Shown piece by piece: positions 10,527 to 20,517 of a DNA stretch of 64,000 nucleotides. Location of the stretch: NCBI GenBank assembly GCA_965213705.1, contig OZ243913.1:3168001-3232000 (forward strand), given 5' to 3'. Positions within the stretch are counted from its first letter, which is position 1, and every line of letters starts with the position of its first letter. The DNA is from Trueperaceae bacterium. Lineage in GTDB: Bacteria > Deinococcota > Deinococci > Deinococcales > Trueperaceae. Below the pieces are notes generated by a model. That model saw only the letters and a program-made list of their open reading frames with translations. It was not told the DNA's origin and did not search any database. A program made the position numbers and the translations under genes.

Positions 10527-10672
10527 CGCGAGGGCTCGAGCCTACTACAGACCTCTAAGGTTGAGCATGTAGGTTTTTAGATGAGCGCTTTTTAGGACCT
10601 TGGCGAACAGCCTGACAAAATTGCAAACGGACGAGACTGTAAACAGACAAGGCGACAGACAAGGAGCAAAGC

Positions 10673-13051
10673 ATGAGCGAAACTCCAAACGAGACCTTTT
10701 TCGGTAAACCCGTCAAGCGCAAGGAAGACCCGCGCTTTATCACCGGGCGCGGCAACTACGTCGACGACATGAACCTGTCCCGGCAGGTCCACGTGGCGAT
10801 GGTGCGCAGCCCCCACGCGCACGCGACGATTAAGTCCGTCAACGTGGACAAGGCCAAGGCCCACCCCGGCGTGATTGACGTGATTGTGGGCCAGGAAATG
10901 CTCGACGCGGGCATCGGCTCGATTCCAGCGGGCTGGCTGCTTGACGGCCTCAAAACGCCGCCTCACTACGCCATAACCGTCGACAAGGCGCGGCACCAGG
11001 GCGAAATCGTCGCGGCCGTCATCGCCGAAGACCGGCACGCGGCTGAAGACGCAACCGACCTGGTCGAGGTCGAGTACGAAACGCTCTCCGGCGTCGCCCA
11101 TCCGGGTAAAGCTTTGGAGGACGGGATAGCTCAGGTCCACGACGACGCCCCCGGCAACGTCGCTTTTCAGTGGTCCATCGGCGACAAAGAGGCGACCGAC
11201 GCGAACTTCGCTCGAGCCGCCAAAACGGTCAAGCTGACGCTGCGCAACAACCGACTTATTCCCAACGCCATCGAACCGCGGGCCTCGATTGCCGACTTCA
11301 ACCCCGGCACCGGCGAGTACACGCTCTACACCACGAGTCAAAACCCGCACGTCCACCGACTGATCATCGCGGCCTTTGTAATGGGGATTCCCGAGCACAA
11401 ACTGAGGGTGGTGAGCCCCGATGTCGGCGGCGGTTTCGGCTCGAAAATTTTCCAGTATCCCGAAGAAATTATCGTCCTGTACGCCTCGAAAAAGCTGGGC
11501 CGCCCGGTCAAGTGGACGGCGAAGCGATCGGAAAGTTTTCTGACCGACAGCCACGGCCGCGACCACGCCAGCGAGGCGGAGATGGCCGTCGACGAAAACG
11601 CCAACATCATCGGGCTGCGCGTGAAGACGGCGGCGAACTTAGGCGCTTACCTGACGCTGTTCGCGCCCGCCGTGCCGACGTACCTTTACGGCACGCTGCT
11701 CGCGGGGCCGTACAGGACGCCCGCGATTCACTGCGAGGTCACGGGTGTGTTTACCAACACGACGCCCGTGGACGCCTACCGCGGCGCGGGCCGGCCCGAG
11801 GCGACGTACCTCGTCGAGCGCATGGTGAGCCGCATGGCGCAAGAGTTGGACATGGACGCGGCCGAGTTTCGCCGCCAGAACTTCATCGCGCCCGATGCGT
11901 TTCCTTACCAAACGCCGGTCGCCCTCGTTTACGACAGCGGCAACTACGGCCCGGCGCTCGACAAGGCTTTGGAGCGCGCCGGTTACGCCGACCTGCGTAA
12001 ACAACAGGCTGAAATGCGCAAGCAAGGGCGTTACATGGGTATCGGTTTTTCGACGTACTTGGAGGCTTGCGGCTTAGCGCCCTCGGCCCTCGTCGGCACG
12101 CTGGGCGCGCAGGCGGGGCAGTGGGAAAGCAGCCTCATCCGGGTCGCGCCGACCGGCAAGGTTGAAGTTTTCACCGGCTCGCACAGCCACGGGCAAGGGC
12201 ACGAGACGGCCTTCGCGCAAATCGTCGCCGACGAGTTCGGGGTAGGTATGGACGACGTCGAAATCGTCCACGGCGACACGGCCAAGATGCCCTTTGGTTG
12301 GGGCACCTACGGCTCGAGAAGCGCCCCCGTCGGCGCGAGCGCCATCGTCAAGGCGGTGGGTAAGGTCAAGGACAAAGCCAAGAAAATCGCGGCGCACCTG
12401 TTAGAGGCTCGAGAAGAAGACATGGAGTTCGAGAACGGCAGTTTTCACCCCAAGGGCTCGCCCGACAAGTCGGTGAGTTTTACCGACATCGCGCTGCAAG
12501 CTTACCTGGCGCACAACTATCCGGCAGACTTGGAACCGGGGCTCGAGGCGACCGCGTTTTACGACCCACAGAACTTCGTCTACCCGTTCGGCACGCACAT
12601 CGCCGTGGTCGAGGTGCAGCCGGACACAGGGCACGTTACAGTCCTCCGTTACATCGCCGTGGACGACTGCGGGCCGCAAATCAACCCCTTAATCGTGCAG
12701 GGCCAGGTTCACGGCGGCATCGCGCAGGGCGTGGCGCAGGCGCTTTACGAAAACGCGCTCTACGACGACAACGCGCAGCTCCTCAGCGCCAACTACATGG
12801 AATATGCGCTGCCGCGCGCCGAGAACTTCCCGAGTTTTGAAATCGACCACACCGTCACGCCGAGCCCGCACAACCCGCTGGGCGTCAAGGGTATCGGCGA
12901 GGCGGGCTGTATCGCCAGCACCGCGGCGATGGCGAACGCTGTGAACGACGCACTCGAGCCCTTCGGCATTCAACATCTCGACATGCCGCTGAGCCCGCCC
13001 CGCATCTGGCAAGCCATTCAGGACGCCGCGCCCGCGCAAGCGGCGGACTAG
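10673..13051 (+). CDS. Molybdopterin-binding large subunit, xanthine dehydrogenase family (CoxL form II-type)
   Basis: GGGFGSK, AYRGAGRPE, GQGHET, GTYGSRS, GQVHGG, KGIGE motifs. Confidence 0.92.
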   Translation: MSETPNETFFGKPVKRKEDPRFITGRGNYVDDMNLSRQVHVAMVRSPHAHATIKSVNVDKAKAHPGVIDVIVGQEMLDAGIGSIPAGWLLDGLKTPPHYAITVDKARHQGEIVAAVIAEDRHAAEDATDLVEVEYETLSGVAHPGKALEDGIAQVHDDAPGNVAFQWSIGDKEATDANFARAAKTVKLTLRNNRLIPNAIEPRASIADFNPGTGEYTLYTTSQNPHVHRLIIAAFVMGIPEHKLRVVSPDVGGGFGSKIFQYPEEIIVLYASKKLGRPVKWTAKRSESFLTDSHGRDHASEAEMAVDENANIIGLRVKTAANLGAYLTLFAPAVPTYLYGTLLAGPYRTPAIHCEVTGVFTNTTPVDAYRGAGRPEATYLVERMVSRMAQELDMDAAEFRRQNFIAPDAFPYQTPVALVYDSGNYGPALDKALERAGYADLRKQQAEMRKQGRYMGIGFSTYLEACGLAPSALVGTLGAQAGQWESSLIRVAPTGKVEVFTGSHSHGQGHETAFAQIVADEFGVGMDDVEIVHGDTAKMPFGWGTYGSRSAPVGASAIVKAVGKVKDKAKKIAAHLLEAREEDMEFENGSFHPKGSPDKSVSFTDIALQAYLAHNYPADLEPGLEATAFYDPQNFVYPFGTHIAVVEVQPDTGHVTVLRYIAVDDCGPQINPLIVQGQVHGGIAQGVAQALYENALYDDNAQLLSANYMEYALPRAENFPSFEIDHTVTPSPHNPLGVKGIGEAGCIASTAAMANAVNDALEPFGIQHLDMPLSPPRIWQAIQDAAPAQAAD

Positions 13052-13058
13052 GAGATTT

Positions 13059-13916
13059 ATGTACCCCGAAGCCTTCACCTACCACGCGCCCTCGTCGCTG
13101 GACGAAGTCCTGTCACTCATGCAGGAACACGGTTACGACGCCAAAGTGTTGGCAGGCGGCCACAGCCTGCTCCCGACCATGAAGCTGCGCCTCGCCACAC
13201 CCGCGCACCTCATCGACCTGAAAAACCTCAGAAGCGAGCTGCGCTATATTCGTGAAGAGGGCGAATCGCTCACCATCGGCGCGCTCACCACGTACCAGGA
13301 CCTGATAGATTCCGAGCTGGTGCGCGCCAAAGCTCCACTGCTCGCCGAAACTCTGGAGCACGTCGGCGACATGCAGGTGCGCAACTTGGGCACCTTAGGC
13401 GGCTCGATTGCCCACGCCGACCCCGCGGGCGACCCACCCGCGGCGATTTTGGCGCTGAACGCGACGATGACGATTCGCGGCCCCGACGGCGAACGCACCG
13501 TGGGGGCGGACGAGTTTTTCCACGGCTTTTTCGAAACTGCCGTCGGCGAGGGCGAAATCCTGACCGAAATTCGTATTCCAGCGCAAACGGGCGGCTCCTC
13601 GTACCAGAAGTTTCGCCACCCCGCGAGCGGCTACGCGGTCTGCGGCGCGGCGGTAGTGTTGGAGAAGTCCGGCGACCAGGTTGCCAGCTGCCGCGTCGCC
13701 TTGACCGGCGTGTCCGAGGGCGCGTACCGCGCTACGGGTGTGGAAGATGCGCTCATGGGTCAAGGCTACAGTGCCGACCTAGCCGCCGACGCCGCCGCCC
13801 ACGCGACGGACGGTATCGACCCGCTGGAAGACACCTTTGCCGACGCCGCTTACCGCCGCCAACTCGCCAAAACGCTTACCAAGCGGGCGGTTCAGGCGGC
13901 TTGGGAAAACGCCTAA
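13059..13916 (+). CDS. coxM: CoxM-like FAD-binding medium subunit
   Basis: LAGGHSLLP.MKLRL, QVRNLGTLGGS.AHADP..D. Confidence 0.93.
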   Translation: MYPEAFTYHAPSSLDEVLSLMQEHGYDAKVLAGGHSLLPTMKLRLATPAHLIDLKNLRSELRYIREEGESLTIGALTTYQDLIDSELVRAKAPLLAETLEHVGDMQVRNLGTLGGSIAHADPAGDPPAAILALNATMTIRGPDGERTVGADEFFHGFFETAVGEGEILTEIRIPAQTGGSSYQKFRHPASGYAVCGAAVVLEKSGDQVASCRVALTGVSEGAYRATGVEDALMGQGYSADLAADAAAHATDGIDPLEDTFADAAYRRQLAKTLTKRAVQAAWENA

Positions 13917-13931
13917 ACTGCTTTTCAACGC

Positions 13932-13960
13932 AAAAAGGCCGAGCGACGCTCGGCCTTTTT
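13932..13960. terminator. Bidirectional intrinsic terminator between coxM and the csbD-like gene
   Basis: aaaaaggccgagcg-a-cgctcggccttttt palindrome with A/T tails between convergent genes. Confidence 0.85.
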
Positions 13961-13979
13961 GCACGAAACCCAGTCTTCC

Positions 13980-14291
13980 CTACGCGTTTCCGCCCTCCGG
14001 ACGGTGCAACGTCTCGGCCCAGGTGTCGACCTGCTCTTCGGCGGCTCGAGCCTCGAGCCCATAGCGTTCTTGCACTGCAGCGACAAACCTGTCGCGGTCA
14101 CCCTCGGTAGCGTCGATTTCGTTGTCGCTCAAGAGGGGCCAGTGTTCGTGGATACGACCCTTCAAACGTTGCCAGTCCGCCTGTATAAAGGTCCACGACT
14201 CGCCCTGGCGGTTGCTAGCGGGTGGCGCTTCGACTGCCGAACGTTCTTTGATGCGCTCCGCGATACCGTCTAAATCGTCATCACTTGCCAT
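13980..14291 (-). CDS. CsbD/YjbJ-like general stress protein
   Basis: IQADWQRLKGRIHEHWPLLSDNEID..EGDRD...VQERYG resembles CsbD/YjbJ; GAGGAG RBS upstream. Confidence 0.75.
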   Translation of the reverse strand: MASDDDLDGIAERIKERSAVEAPPASNRQGESWTFIQADWQRLKGRIHEHWPLLSDNEIDATEGDRDRFVAAVQERYGLEARAAEEQVDTWAETLHRPEGGNA

Positions 14292-14681
14292 AGCTGCTCC
14301 TCACTGAAACGCCACTTGCCGGACACTTCACTCAGGACACTGTTCGCCGGCGCAGGGGCTAATGACACCGCTTAGGGGCGTTTCCATTCTTGAACTTTAC
14401 ACTCTCGAACATTACGACGCCACACCGAGCACGAGTATAGCCCAAGGGCCTTTCAAACCTGCGCGGTAACTACATGTGCGGTAACTACGAACGTTGGACT
14501 CAAAAAGCGCGTTCGACCGCCCCCTGTTGAAACCGTCGCGAACATAGAAAAATCCACCTGTGCTCTCTACAGAGTTAGCCTGTTTCATCCAAGGGTGAAC
14601 CGCCGGCAAGCTAAACCCTCAGCATTCAAAAGTGTTCAAACTCGCAAAAATCAAATGAAATACGATGACACGAGAAAGAGG

Positions 14682-14709
14682 TTGACAGAACCCCTTTCTC
14701 GTGTATAAT
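14682..14709 (+). promoter_or_regulatory. Consensus sigma70 promoter (TTGACA-16-TATAAT) embedded in an inverted repeat
   Basis: TTGACA 14682-14687 and TATAAT 14704-14709; flanking inverted repeat acacgagaaag (14668-14678) / ctttctcgtgt (14694-14704). Confidence 0.75.
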
Positions 14710-14714
14710 GACAA

Positions 14715-14774
14715 GCAAGAGAGGTTCTCAGCAAACGCTGCCCCCCGGCGGAGAATCTCTCTTTTTCGTTTTTT
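14715..14774 (+). ncRNA. Candidate ~55-nt small RNA
   Basis: Starts just after the consensus promoter and is closed by a 13-bp stem aagagaggttctc/gagaatctctctt followed by a T tract; no ORF; C-rich interior. Confidence 0.5.
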
Positions 14775-14925
14775 ACCTACACATTTTTCTTAATAGCTCT
14801 TCAGTCGATTACAAGTCTAAGTAGTTCTTCAAGACATTGCTAGAAACGTCTGTTGACCTGTACGAGTACACCTAACTAAATTTAGCAGTACGTTTGTACC
14901 TGATTTTTAATTCACACTGACAGAC

Positions 14926-15570
14926 TCAGATTATCGGGCTGTTTGCCAGTCCTAGGTCCCTTGCCCAAACCGCAAGTTCTACGCGGGAATGCACACCGAC
15001 TTTGTCGTAAATGCGACTGACGTAGTTGCGTATGGTTTGTTCGGCCAGGTCGAGTTCGTTGGCGATGTCGCCGTTGTCTTTGCCCTGGGCGACCAAGTTC
15101 AAGACGTCGCGCTCACGGTCGGTCAGGTCCCTGAGAACGCTGTCACTGAGGCTGACTTCGTGGAGTTTGCTGAAGACCGCCCGGCTGAACCAAGTTCCGC
15201 CGTGCCCGACTGTTCGCACCGCACTGATGAGTGCATCGGGAACTTCGTCTTTCAAAATATAGCCCGCAATGCCGGCCTTGACGAGGCTCCGCACGTACAC
15301 GCCGTCGTCGGACGCTGTCAGGACCAACACGTTGACCTCCGGGGCGGCGTCTTTGAGTGAGGTCAAAACCTCGAGAAAAGAGGGGCCGGGCATGTTCAAG
15401 TCAAGGATGAGTACGTGAGGCGCGAGACGCCGGCACAAACTCTGTACCTCGTTGCCGTTCGACGCCTCCCCCACGATGCGGATTTCAGCGGCGCCGCTGA
15501 GCGTGGCGCGAATGCCGGAGCGCATCAGCGGGTGGTCGTCCGCAATCACAACGCCGATAAACTCGGCCAT
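14926..15570 (-). CDS. NarL/LuxR-family response regulator (no adjacent kinase)
   Basis: REC domain (ADDH, LDLNMP, LT, GYILK) plus LuxR HTH (LTDRERDVL..VAQG..N..IA..L...EQTIRNY). Confidence 0.95.
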   Translation of the reverse strand: MAEFIGVVIADDHPLMRSGIRATLSGAAEIRIVGEASNGNEVQSLCRRLAPHVLILDLNMPGPSFLEVLTSLKDAAPEVNVLVLTASDDGVYVRSLVKAGIAGYILKDEVPDALISAVRTVGHGGTWFSRAVFSKLHEVSLSDSVLRDLTDRERDVLNLVAQGKDNGDIANELDLAEQTIRNYVSRIYDKVGVHSRVELAVWARDLGLANSPII

Positions 15571-15790
15571 CAGGGTCTACCTCTGGAGGACAGTCTCACC
15601 TCTAACATCCTATCCTATTTTTACACAACTTCGTGGAGTCAGACTTCAAAACCGTACAATGTCCGTTCGTGGCTCGAGTGCGAGACACAGGACGTTTCAA
15701 GACTCCACACACGTGTGGGTGTTCGCAAAAAAGTAGCGGAAAAGCAGGAAAAGCGAACGCCGACGATTGATACAACCACGCTCAAGTTTC

Positions 15791-15819
15791 TTGACAAATT
15801 TCCGCCCGTCCTGTATAAT
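15791..15819 (+). promoter_or_regulatory. Consensus sigma70 promoter of the sigma factor gene
   Basis: TTGACA 15791-15796, 17-nt spacer, TATAAT 15814-15819. Confidence 0.8.
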
Positions 15820-15965
15820 TTTGGGTAGATATGTGAGTTTTTCGGCAGCTTTTCTCAAACGTTTTTCCACCGGCAAATTTCTACCGGCAATTTCCACCGA
15901 CAAACCAACTTTTTCAGGGACGCTCCAACAGCGTTCCCCGTTTCAGGCTCAAGGAGGGCAACGGT

Positions 15966-17330
15966 ATGGCTACCGCACTACAAGCGACCAATCACGGTTG
16001 GTTCGAAGCACCCGAAATTCAAGCCCTGTTCGAAGAGGGTTCTTCGCAGGGCACACTTCAACTCGACGACGTTCGTCAGGCCTTCGACGCGCTCGTCTTA
16101 ACGGACGCGTTCGAGGTCGACGCAGCCGAGGACTTCGGCGTCCTCACGGACGTGCTGAACGCTCGAGGTATCGAGCTGGAAAGCGACTCGGACGGCGCGC
16201 AACAGGAACTCGACGACGCTGAGGTTGACGCTGAAATTGACGGCGAAGACGACTTGAGCCTGGACGACGCGGACGAAGGTTTTGAGGCCGACGGCGACTT
16301 AGACGGCGACCTGGACGAAGACCTAGACGACCCGGACGAAGGTGTGAGCGACCGCGATGCCGCCGAGGAGGCGGCCAGCGACGAGTTCTACGCCCGTTCT
16401 GCCAACAAGGTCGACACCACCGACCCGGTACGGCACTACCTGAGCGAAATCGGCCGAGTGCCGCTCCTGACCCGGTCCGAGGAAATCGACCTGGCGCGGC
16501 GCATCGAGGCGGGCGAGGAAGCCAAAGAGCGGCTCGAGGCCGCCGGTTTGTCTGAGCGTGACCGCCGCGCGCTCCAGCGGGTTGTAGAAGATGCCGACAT
16601 GGCTCGTGGCAGCATGATTAATGCCAACCTGCGCCTCGTCGTGTCGGTCGCCAAAAAGTACAAGGGGCGCGGCCTGAGCCTCCTCGACCTTATCCAAGAG
16701 GGCAACCAAGGACTGATGCACGCGGTCGAAAAGTTCGACTACAAACGCGGCTTCAAGTTCAGCACCTACGCCCACTGGTGGATTCGCCAGTCGGTGAGCC
16801 GCGCGGTCAACAACCAGTCGCGCACCATCCGCCTGCCCGTCCACATGATTGAGACCGTGAGCAAGCTGCGCGCCGCCAGCAAACGGCTCGAGCAAGACCT
16901 CTCCCGCGACCCCACCTTCGAGGAAATCGCGCACGCCCTGGGGCCGGACTGGACAGCCGAAAAGGTCGAGGAGACGATTCAGTTCGCCCGCGAACCCATG
17001 TCGTTAGAAAAGCCCGTCGGCGAGGACGAAGGCACCTACCTGGGCGACTTTATCGAGGACGAGAGCATCGTCTCCCCCGTCGAGCAGACGATGCAGACTG
17101 CGCTTGGCGAAACCCTGGACGAAGCCTTCGGCTTTCTGGACGACCGCGAAGCTAAGATTCTCAAGATGCGCTACGGACTCTTAGACGGCGAAGAGCACAC
17201 GCTGGAGCAAGTCGGCGACGTGCTCGGCGTGACCCGCGAACGGGTACGCCAACTCGAAGCCCGCGCCATGCGCAAGCTCAAGTACTTCGAGAAACGCAAC
17301 CGCAAACTGCGCGACTTCTTAAGCGTGTAA
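15966..17330 (+). CDS. RpoD/SigA-family RNA polymerase sigma factor (divergent paralogue)
   Basis: Region 1.2 [11 protein letters not shown], region 2 [27 protein letters not shown], region 4 [18 protein letters not shown]; long acidic linker; AAGGAGG RBS. Confidence 0.93.
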   Translation: MATALQATNHGWFEAPEIQALFEEGSSQGTLQLDDVRQAFDALVLTDAFEVDAAEDFGVLTDVLNARGIELESDSDGAQQELDDAEVDAEIDGEDDLSLDDADEGFEADGDLDGDLDEDLDDPDEGVSDRDAAEEAASDEFYARSANKVDTTDPVRHYLSEIGRVPLLTRSEEIDLARRIEAGEEAKERLEAAGLSERDRRALQRVVEDADMARGSMINANLRLVVSVAKKYKGRGLSLLDLIQEGNQGLMHAVEKFDYKRGFKFSTYAHWWIRQSVSRAVNNQSRTIRLPVHMIETVSKLRAASKRLEQDLSRDPTFEEIAHALGPDWTAEKVEETIQFAREPMSLEKPVGEDEGTYLGDFIEDESIVSPVEQTMQTALGETLDEAFGFLDDREAKILKMRYGLLDGEEHTLEQVGDVLGVTRERVRQLEARAMRKLKYFEKRNRKLRDFLSV

Positions 17331-17343
17331 CCAGGCTCGCACG

Positions 17344-17376
17344 AAAGCGACCTCGTAAGGTAACGGGGTCGCTTTT
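17344..17376. terminator. Intrinsic terminator after the sigma gene
   Basis: aaagcgacctcg ... cggggtcgctttt hairpin with T tail. Confidence 0.75.
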
Positions 17377-17464
17377 ATTGCTCGACCAGCGACTACCCAG
17401 CCCTCGCTCAGCGAGCGCGGCGCAGTTCAAAATCGGTCCCGCGGCCTTCATGATGACACCGGGA

Positions 17465-18703
17465 TTATCTCTTGCGGTGCCTGGCTCTTACCAATCGGTC
17501 GAGGTTGCGCATCACATAGCTAGCGCTCGAGCCGTGAACTATCATCGAGACGAGGATGACGAAGCTGACGGTCGACCACAGTAGGGCGGCACCGTCGAAG
17601 GCTTCTCGGTTGAGGGCGTAGGCCAAATAGTAAAGCGAGCCGACGCCCCTGATACCGTAAAAACTGATAACCAAACGCTCATCGCGGGGATGGCTCGAGC
17701 CCAGCAGGGCGACTAAGCCTGTGAGCGGGCGAATCACGAAGATGATCGCCAAACCCGCCAGCGCCGCCTGCCAGGTGAGGTGGACGAGCAGCCCCTCGGC
17801 AAGCAAGCCTCCAAAAAGGACGAGCAGGAGCGCCATCAAAAGGCGCTCGAACACCTCTGAAAAGTCGTGCAGTTCTTGATGGTGGCTGTGCGTGCGCTCG
17901 TTCTGCCTGACCACGAGCGCCGCGACGAACACAGCCAGAAACCCGTAGCCGTGCAGAAGCTCGGTCACACCGTAGGCGACAAAGGTGATGGCGAGAACGA
18001 CGAAACCTTCGCGCGTTTTCGAGATGTCCGGAAAAGACTCCACCCGAAAGAGGAGTTGGGCGAGCGCAAAGCCGACAGCAACCCCGGCAACGACCGCCAA
18101 CAGGGTCTTGTACAAAACGTCCATCATAAACCAGTCTTGAAGCCAGGTCATACCCGGTACCCCCACCAGGGCGATGGCTAGGTAGGTAAAGGGAAAAGCG
18201 AGCCCGTCGTTCAGCCCCGCTTCGGAGGTCAGGGCGAAGCGAACTTCCCCCTCTTTCTCCTCATGAGGAGCCCCGACCTGGATGTCCGAGGCGAGCACAG
18301 GATCGGTCGGAGCGAGCACCGCGCCCAGCAGTAAGGCAGAGGCCGGAGCCAGACCTATCAACCACCAACCCGTCAAAGCTACGGCGGCGACGCAAAGCGG
18401 CATTCCAACGCCCAGAAGCCGCCAGGTCAAGCCCCAACTCTTCCAACCGACGGGCCGACTCAACTTCAACCCCGCTCCGGTCAGCGCGACGATGACGAGC
18501 AACTCTGTAAAATGCTGGGTAAAGCGGCCACTTTCCAAGGGGTTGGGCAGATAAACCCCTATGGGAAGGCTGAACAACAGGACACCGGCGACCACATACA
18601 GGGTCGGAAAAGACACGGGCGACTGGTCGACGAGGTGAGGAAGCCAAGCAGCCCCGATAAAGGCAAAACCTGTCAGGGTGAGGGTCACGATATAGGGGTC
18701 CAC
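17465..18703 (-). CDS. NhaP-type cation:proton antiporter (CPA1)
   Basis: LAPTDPVLA, SEAGLNDG, FYGIRG motifs; about 12 TM segments; GGAGG RBS before GTG. Confidence 0.9.
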   Translation of the reverse strand: MDPYIVTLTLTGFAFIGAAWLPHLVDQSPVSFPTLYVVAGVLLFSLPIGVYLPNPLESGRFTQHFTELLVIVALTGAGLKLSRPVGWKSWGLTWRLLGVGMPLCVAAVALTGWWLIGLAPASALLLGAVLAPTDPVLASDIQVGAPHEEKEGEVRFALTSEAGLNDGLAFPFTYLAIALVGVPGMTWLQDWFMMDVLYKTLLAVVAGVAVGFALAQLLFRVESFPDISKTREGFVVLAITFVAYGVTELLHGYGFLAVFVAALVVRQNERTHSHHQELHDFSEVFERLLMALLLVLFGGLLAEGLLVHLTWQAALAGLAIIFVIRPLTGLVALLGSSHPRDERLVISFYGIRGVGSLYYLAYALNREAFDGAALLWSTVSFVILVSMIVHGSSASYVMRNLDRLVRARHRKR

Positions 18704-18929
18704 AGACCACCTCCTTGACTAGTCGGGTTCATAGCGCTACTTAAACTCGCCCCGGCCCGGAACAAAGTTTGAACCAAACAGCTTAAACAGACAGCCGCGA
18801 CCAAAGCTCTTCGCAGCAGCCTGGGCTCGAGCAACGAGCCTTTTTTCTCCTCGGCGTCCGCAGTTTCAAATTGATGCTGAAGACGCTCGAGCCAGCACGC
18901 GTCAGGCCTACGGCTTGCCACCGGCGGCT

Positions 18930-20102
18930 CTACGCCCCCGCCTCGAGCCGCAACCCGTCCAAGCGCCGCACCCACTGCGCTGGCTCGCGGATTTCGGGCA
19001 GGGTGGGCAGGTTGACGGGTCGTTCCCACACGCGGTTCAAAAAGTCCAGGCCGCGCTGCGCGACGACCGCGTTGACAAACGCCTCGCCCTCTTTGTACTG
19101 GGCACGTTTTAAGTCCATGCCCATAAGGCGCTCCAACCCTTCTTCCAAAGCGGAACGCTCGGCCTTTTTGGCCTTGACCTGCCGCTCGATTTCGCTGAAA
19201 CTTGGTAGCAGGCGTTCGCCGAGCACGTTCATCACGTGGTCGGAGTAGCCCTCGACCAAGGACATGAGCGCTTGCAGTTGCTCGAACAGGGAGCGCTCTT
19301 CGGCGCTCATGAGCCAGGTCAAGGGGTGGCGCTCGAGCGACGCGCCCCGCGCCAGGCGTTTTAGGAGCGACCCCAAACCCACGCCCTGCTCGGCCAACTG
19401 GGCGGTCATAAGCCTCAAAAACTCGCTCAACAACGCGCTGAAGTGGTCGCGCACCCAAGGATGGGCCTCGAACTCGAACACGTGCGTGACCTCGTGCAGG
19501 GCTATCCAGTAGCGGAACTCGTCGCTCAAGCCTAGTTGCTGTTGCAAACGGGCGATGTTCGGTTCGACAAAGTAGAGCGTGCCCTGGTTTTTGGGCTCGG
19601 GCGACAGGAGGCCGAGTTCGTACTGGCCCAGCACGCGCCGCGCCAGGTAGCCGAACATGCCGCCCAGCTGCACGCCCGCCACGGGGGCGTCGAGTTTGCT
19701 GCCGCGGCCCTGGGCGTAGAGGTCGGCGTAGAGGTCCTCGAGTGGCCCCAGCATGTGGGCCAGGGTCGCAAAGTTGGCGCTCAGCCACTCCTTGCGGTCG
19801 ACCACGACCACGCTGTCGATGGATACCGGCAAGGCGACGCCCAAGTAGTCACGGATGGCGGCCTCGCTCTGCTGCGAAAACGCCAGGTACTCGGCCTCAC
19901 GCGCGCGGCGGTCCGTGACCGGGTGCTGGTCCCAGCTTGAGACACGCAGGGCTACCCGGCGGGCGCGGGCCCAGTCGATAGGGCCGGGGTTGACGCTCGG
20001 CTCAGCGCGTTTCAACCGCTGCGCCACGTAACCCACGCCGACGCCCGCCGCCGCCCCGACGAGCAGGGGCAGACCCAAACGCTGCCAGTTTGTCTTAGCC
20101 AT
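18930..20102 (-). CDS. Zincin-like metallopeptidase (DUF2342/Zincin_2 family)
   Basis: RVLGQYE, WIALHEVTH (HExxH), MSLVEGYSDHVM, LPTLPEIREP..W. Confidence 0.85.
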   Translation of the reverse strand: MAKTNWQRLGLPLLVGAAAGVGVGYVAQRLKRAEPSVNPGPIDWARARRVALRVSSWDQHPVTDRRAREAEYLAFSQQSEAAIRDYLGVALPVSIDSVVVVDRKEWLSANFATLAHMLGPLEDLYADLYAQGRGSKLDAPVAGVQLGGMFGYLARRVLGQYELGLLSPEPKNQGTLYFVEPNIARLQQQLGLSDEFRYWIALHEVTHVFEFEAHPWVRDHFSALLSEFLRLMTAQLAEQGVGLGSLLKRLARGASLERHPLTWLMSAEERSLFEQLQALMSLVEGYSDHVMNVLGERLLPSFSEIERQVKAKKAERSALEEGLERLMGMDLKRAQYKEGEAFVNAVVAQRGLDFLNRVWERPVNLPTLPEIREPAQWVRRLDGLRLEAGA

Positions 20103-20517
20103 GAGAACTCCTTTGGTGATAGCTTAAGGTGATAGCTTAAGCGGTACACGCTTGCAGGGTACTCCTTCAAAAGTCGGAGCGCTGTCGGACGGCGTGACGG
20201 TGGGGCGACCGCGAGGCCCGCTTGCCCTACACCCTGTTGCCGCAAGGGAGCGGACGCGCTAAGGCAACCCTACGTTAAGAGCGCCGCCGGACGAACCGTT
20301 TTACACAGTCGAACGAGTTTGCGGTCACTCTGCGTGACGGTTGGGCAGGCTCGAGTCCGCACGAAACGAGCAGACCGCCTGAGCTATCGTTTCACACTCG
20401 TGGCCGTGAGCACGCGGAAAATGTCTCGAGCGGTTCGCAGTCAGGTTCTTGCGCGTCCCTTTAGGGTAACGAGGGTCGTCACCTCGGCGGCCTCCCGACA
20501 CAAGTGCGCCGTCGGCC

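Noticed and set aside
10673..13051. True aerobic CO dehydrogenase (form I)
   Set aside because: The active-site motif is AYRGAGR rather than AYxCSFR.
14300..14390. Hammerhead ribozyme (CUGA..GA and GAAAC present on the minus strand)
   Set aside because: The core reads CUGAGUGA and lies inside the stem that would be stem III, so the topology is incompatible.
14848..14900. LexA-type box (agtacgtttgtacc) and other GTAC pairs downstream of the response regulator
   Set aside because: Short, not clearly upstream of a gene, and could be chance; insufficient support.
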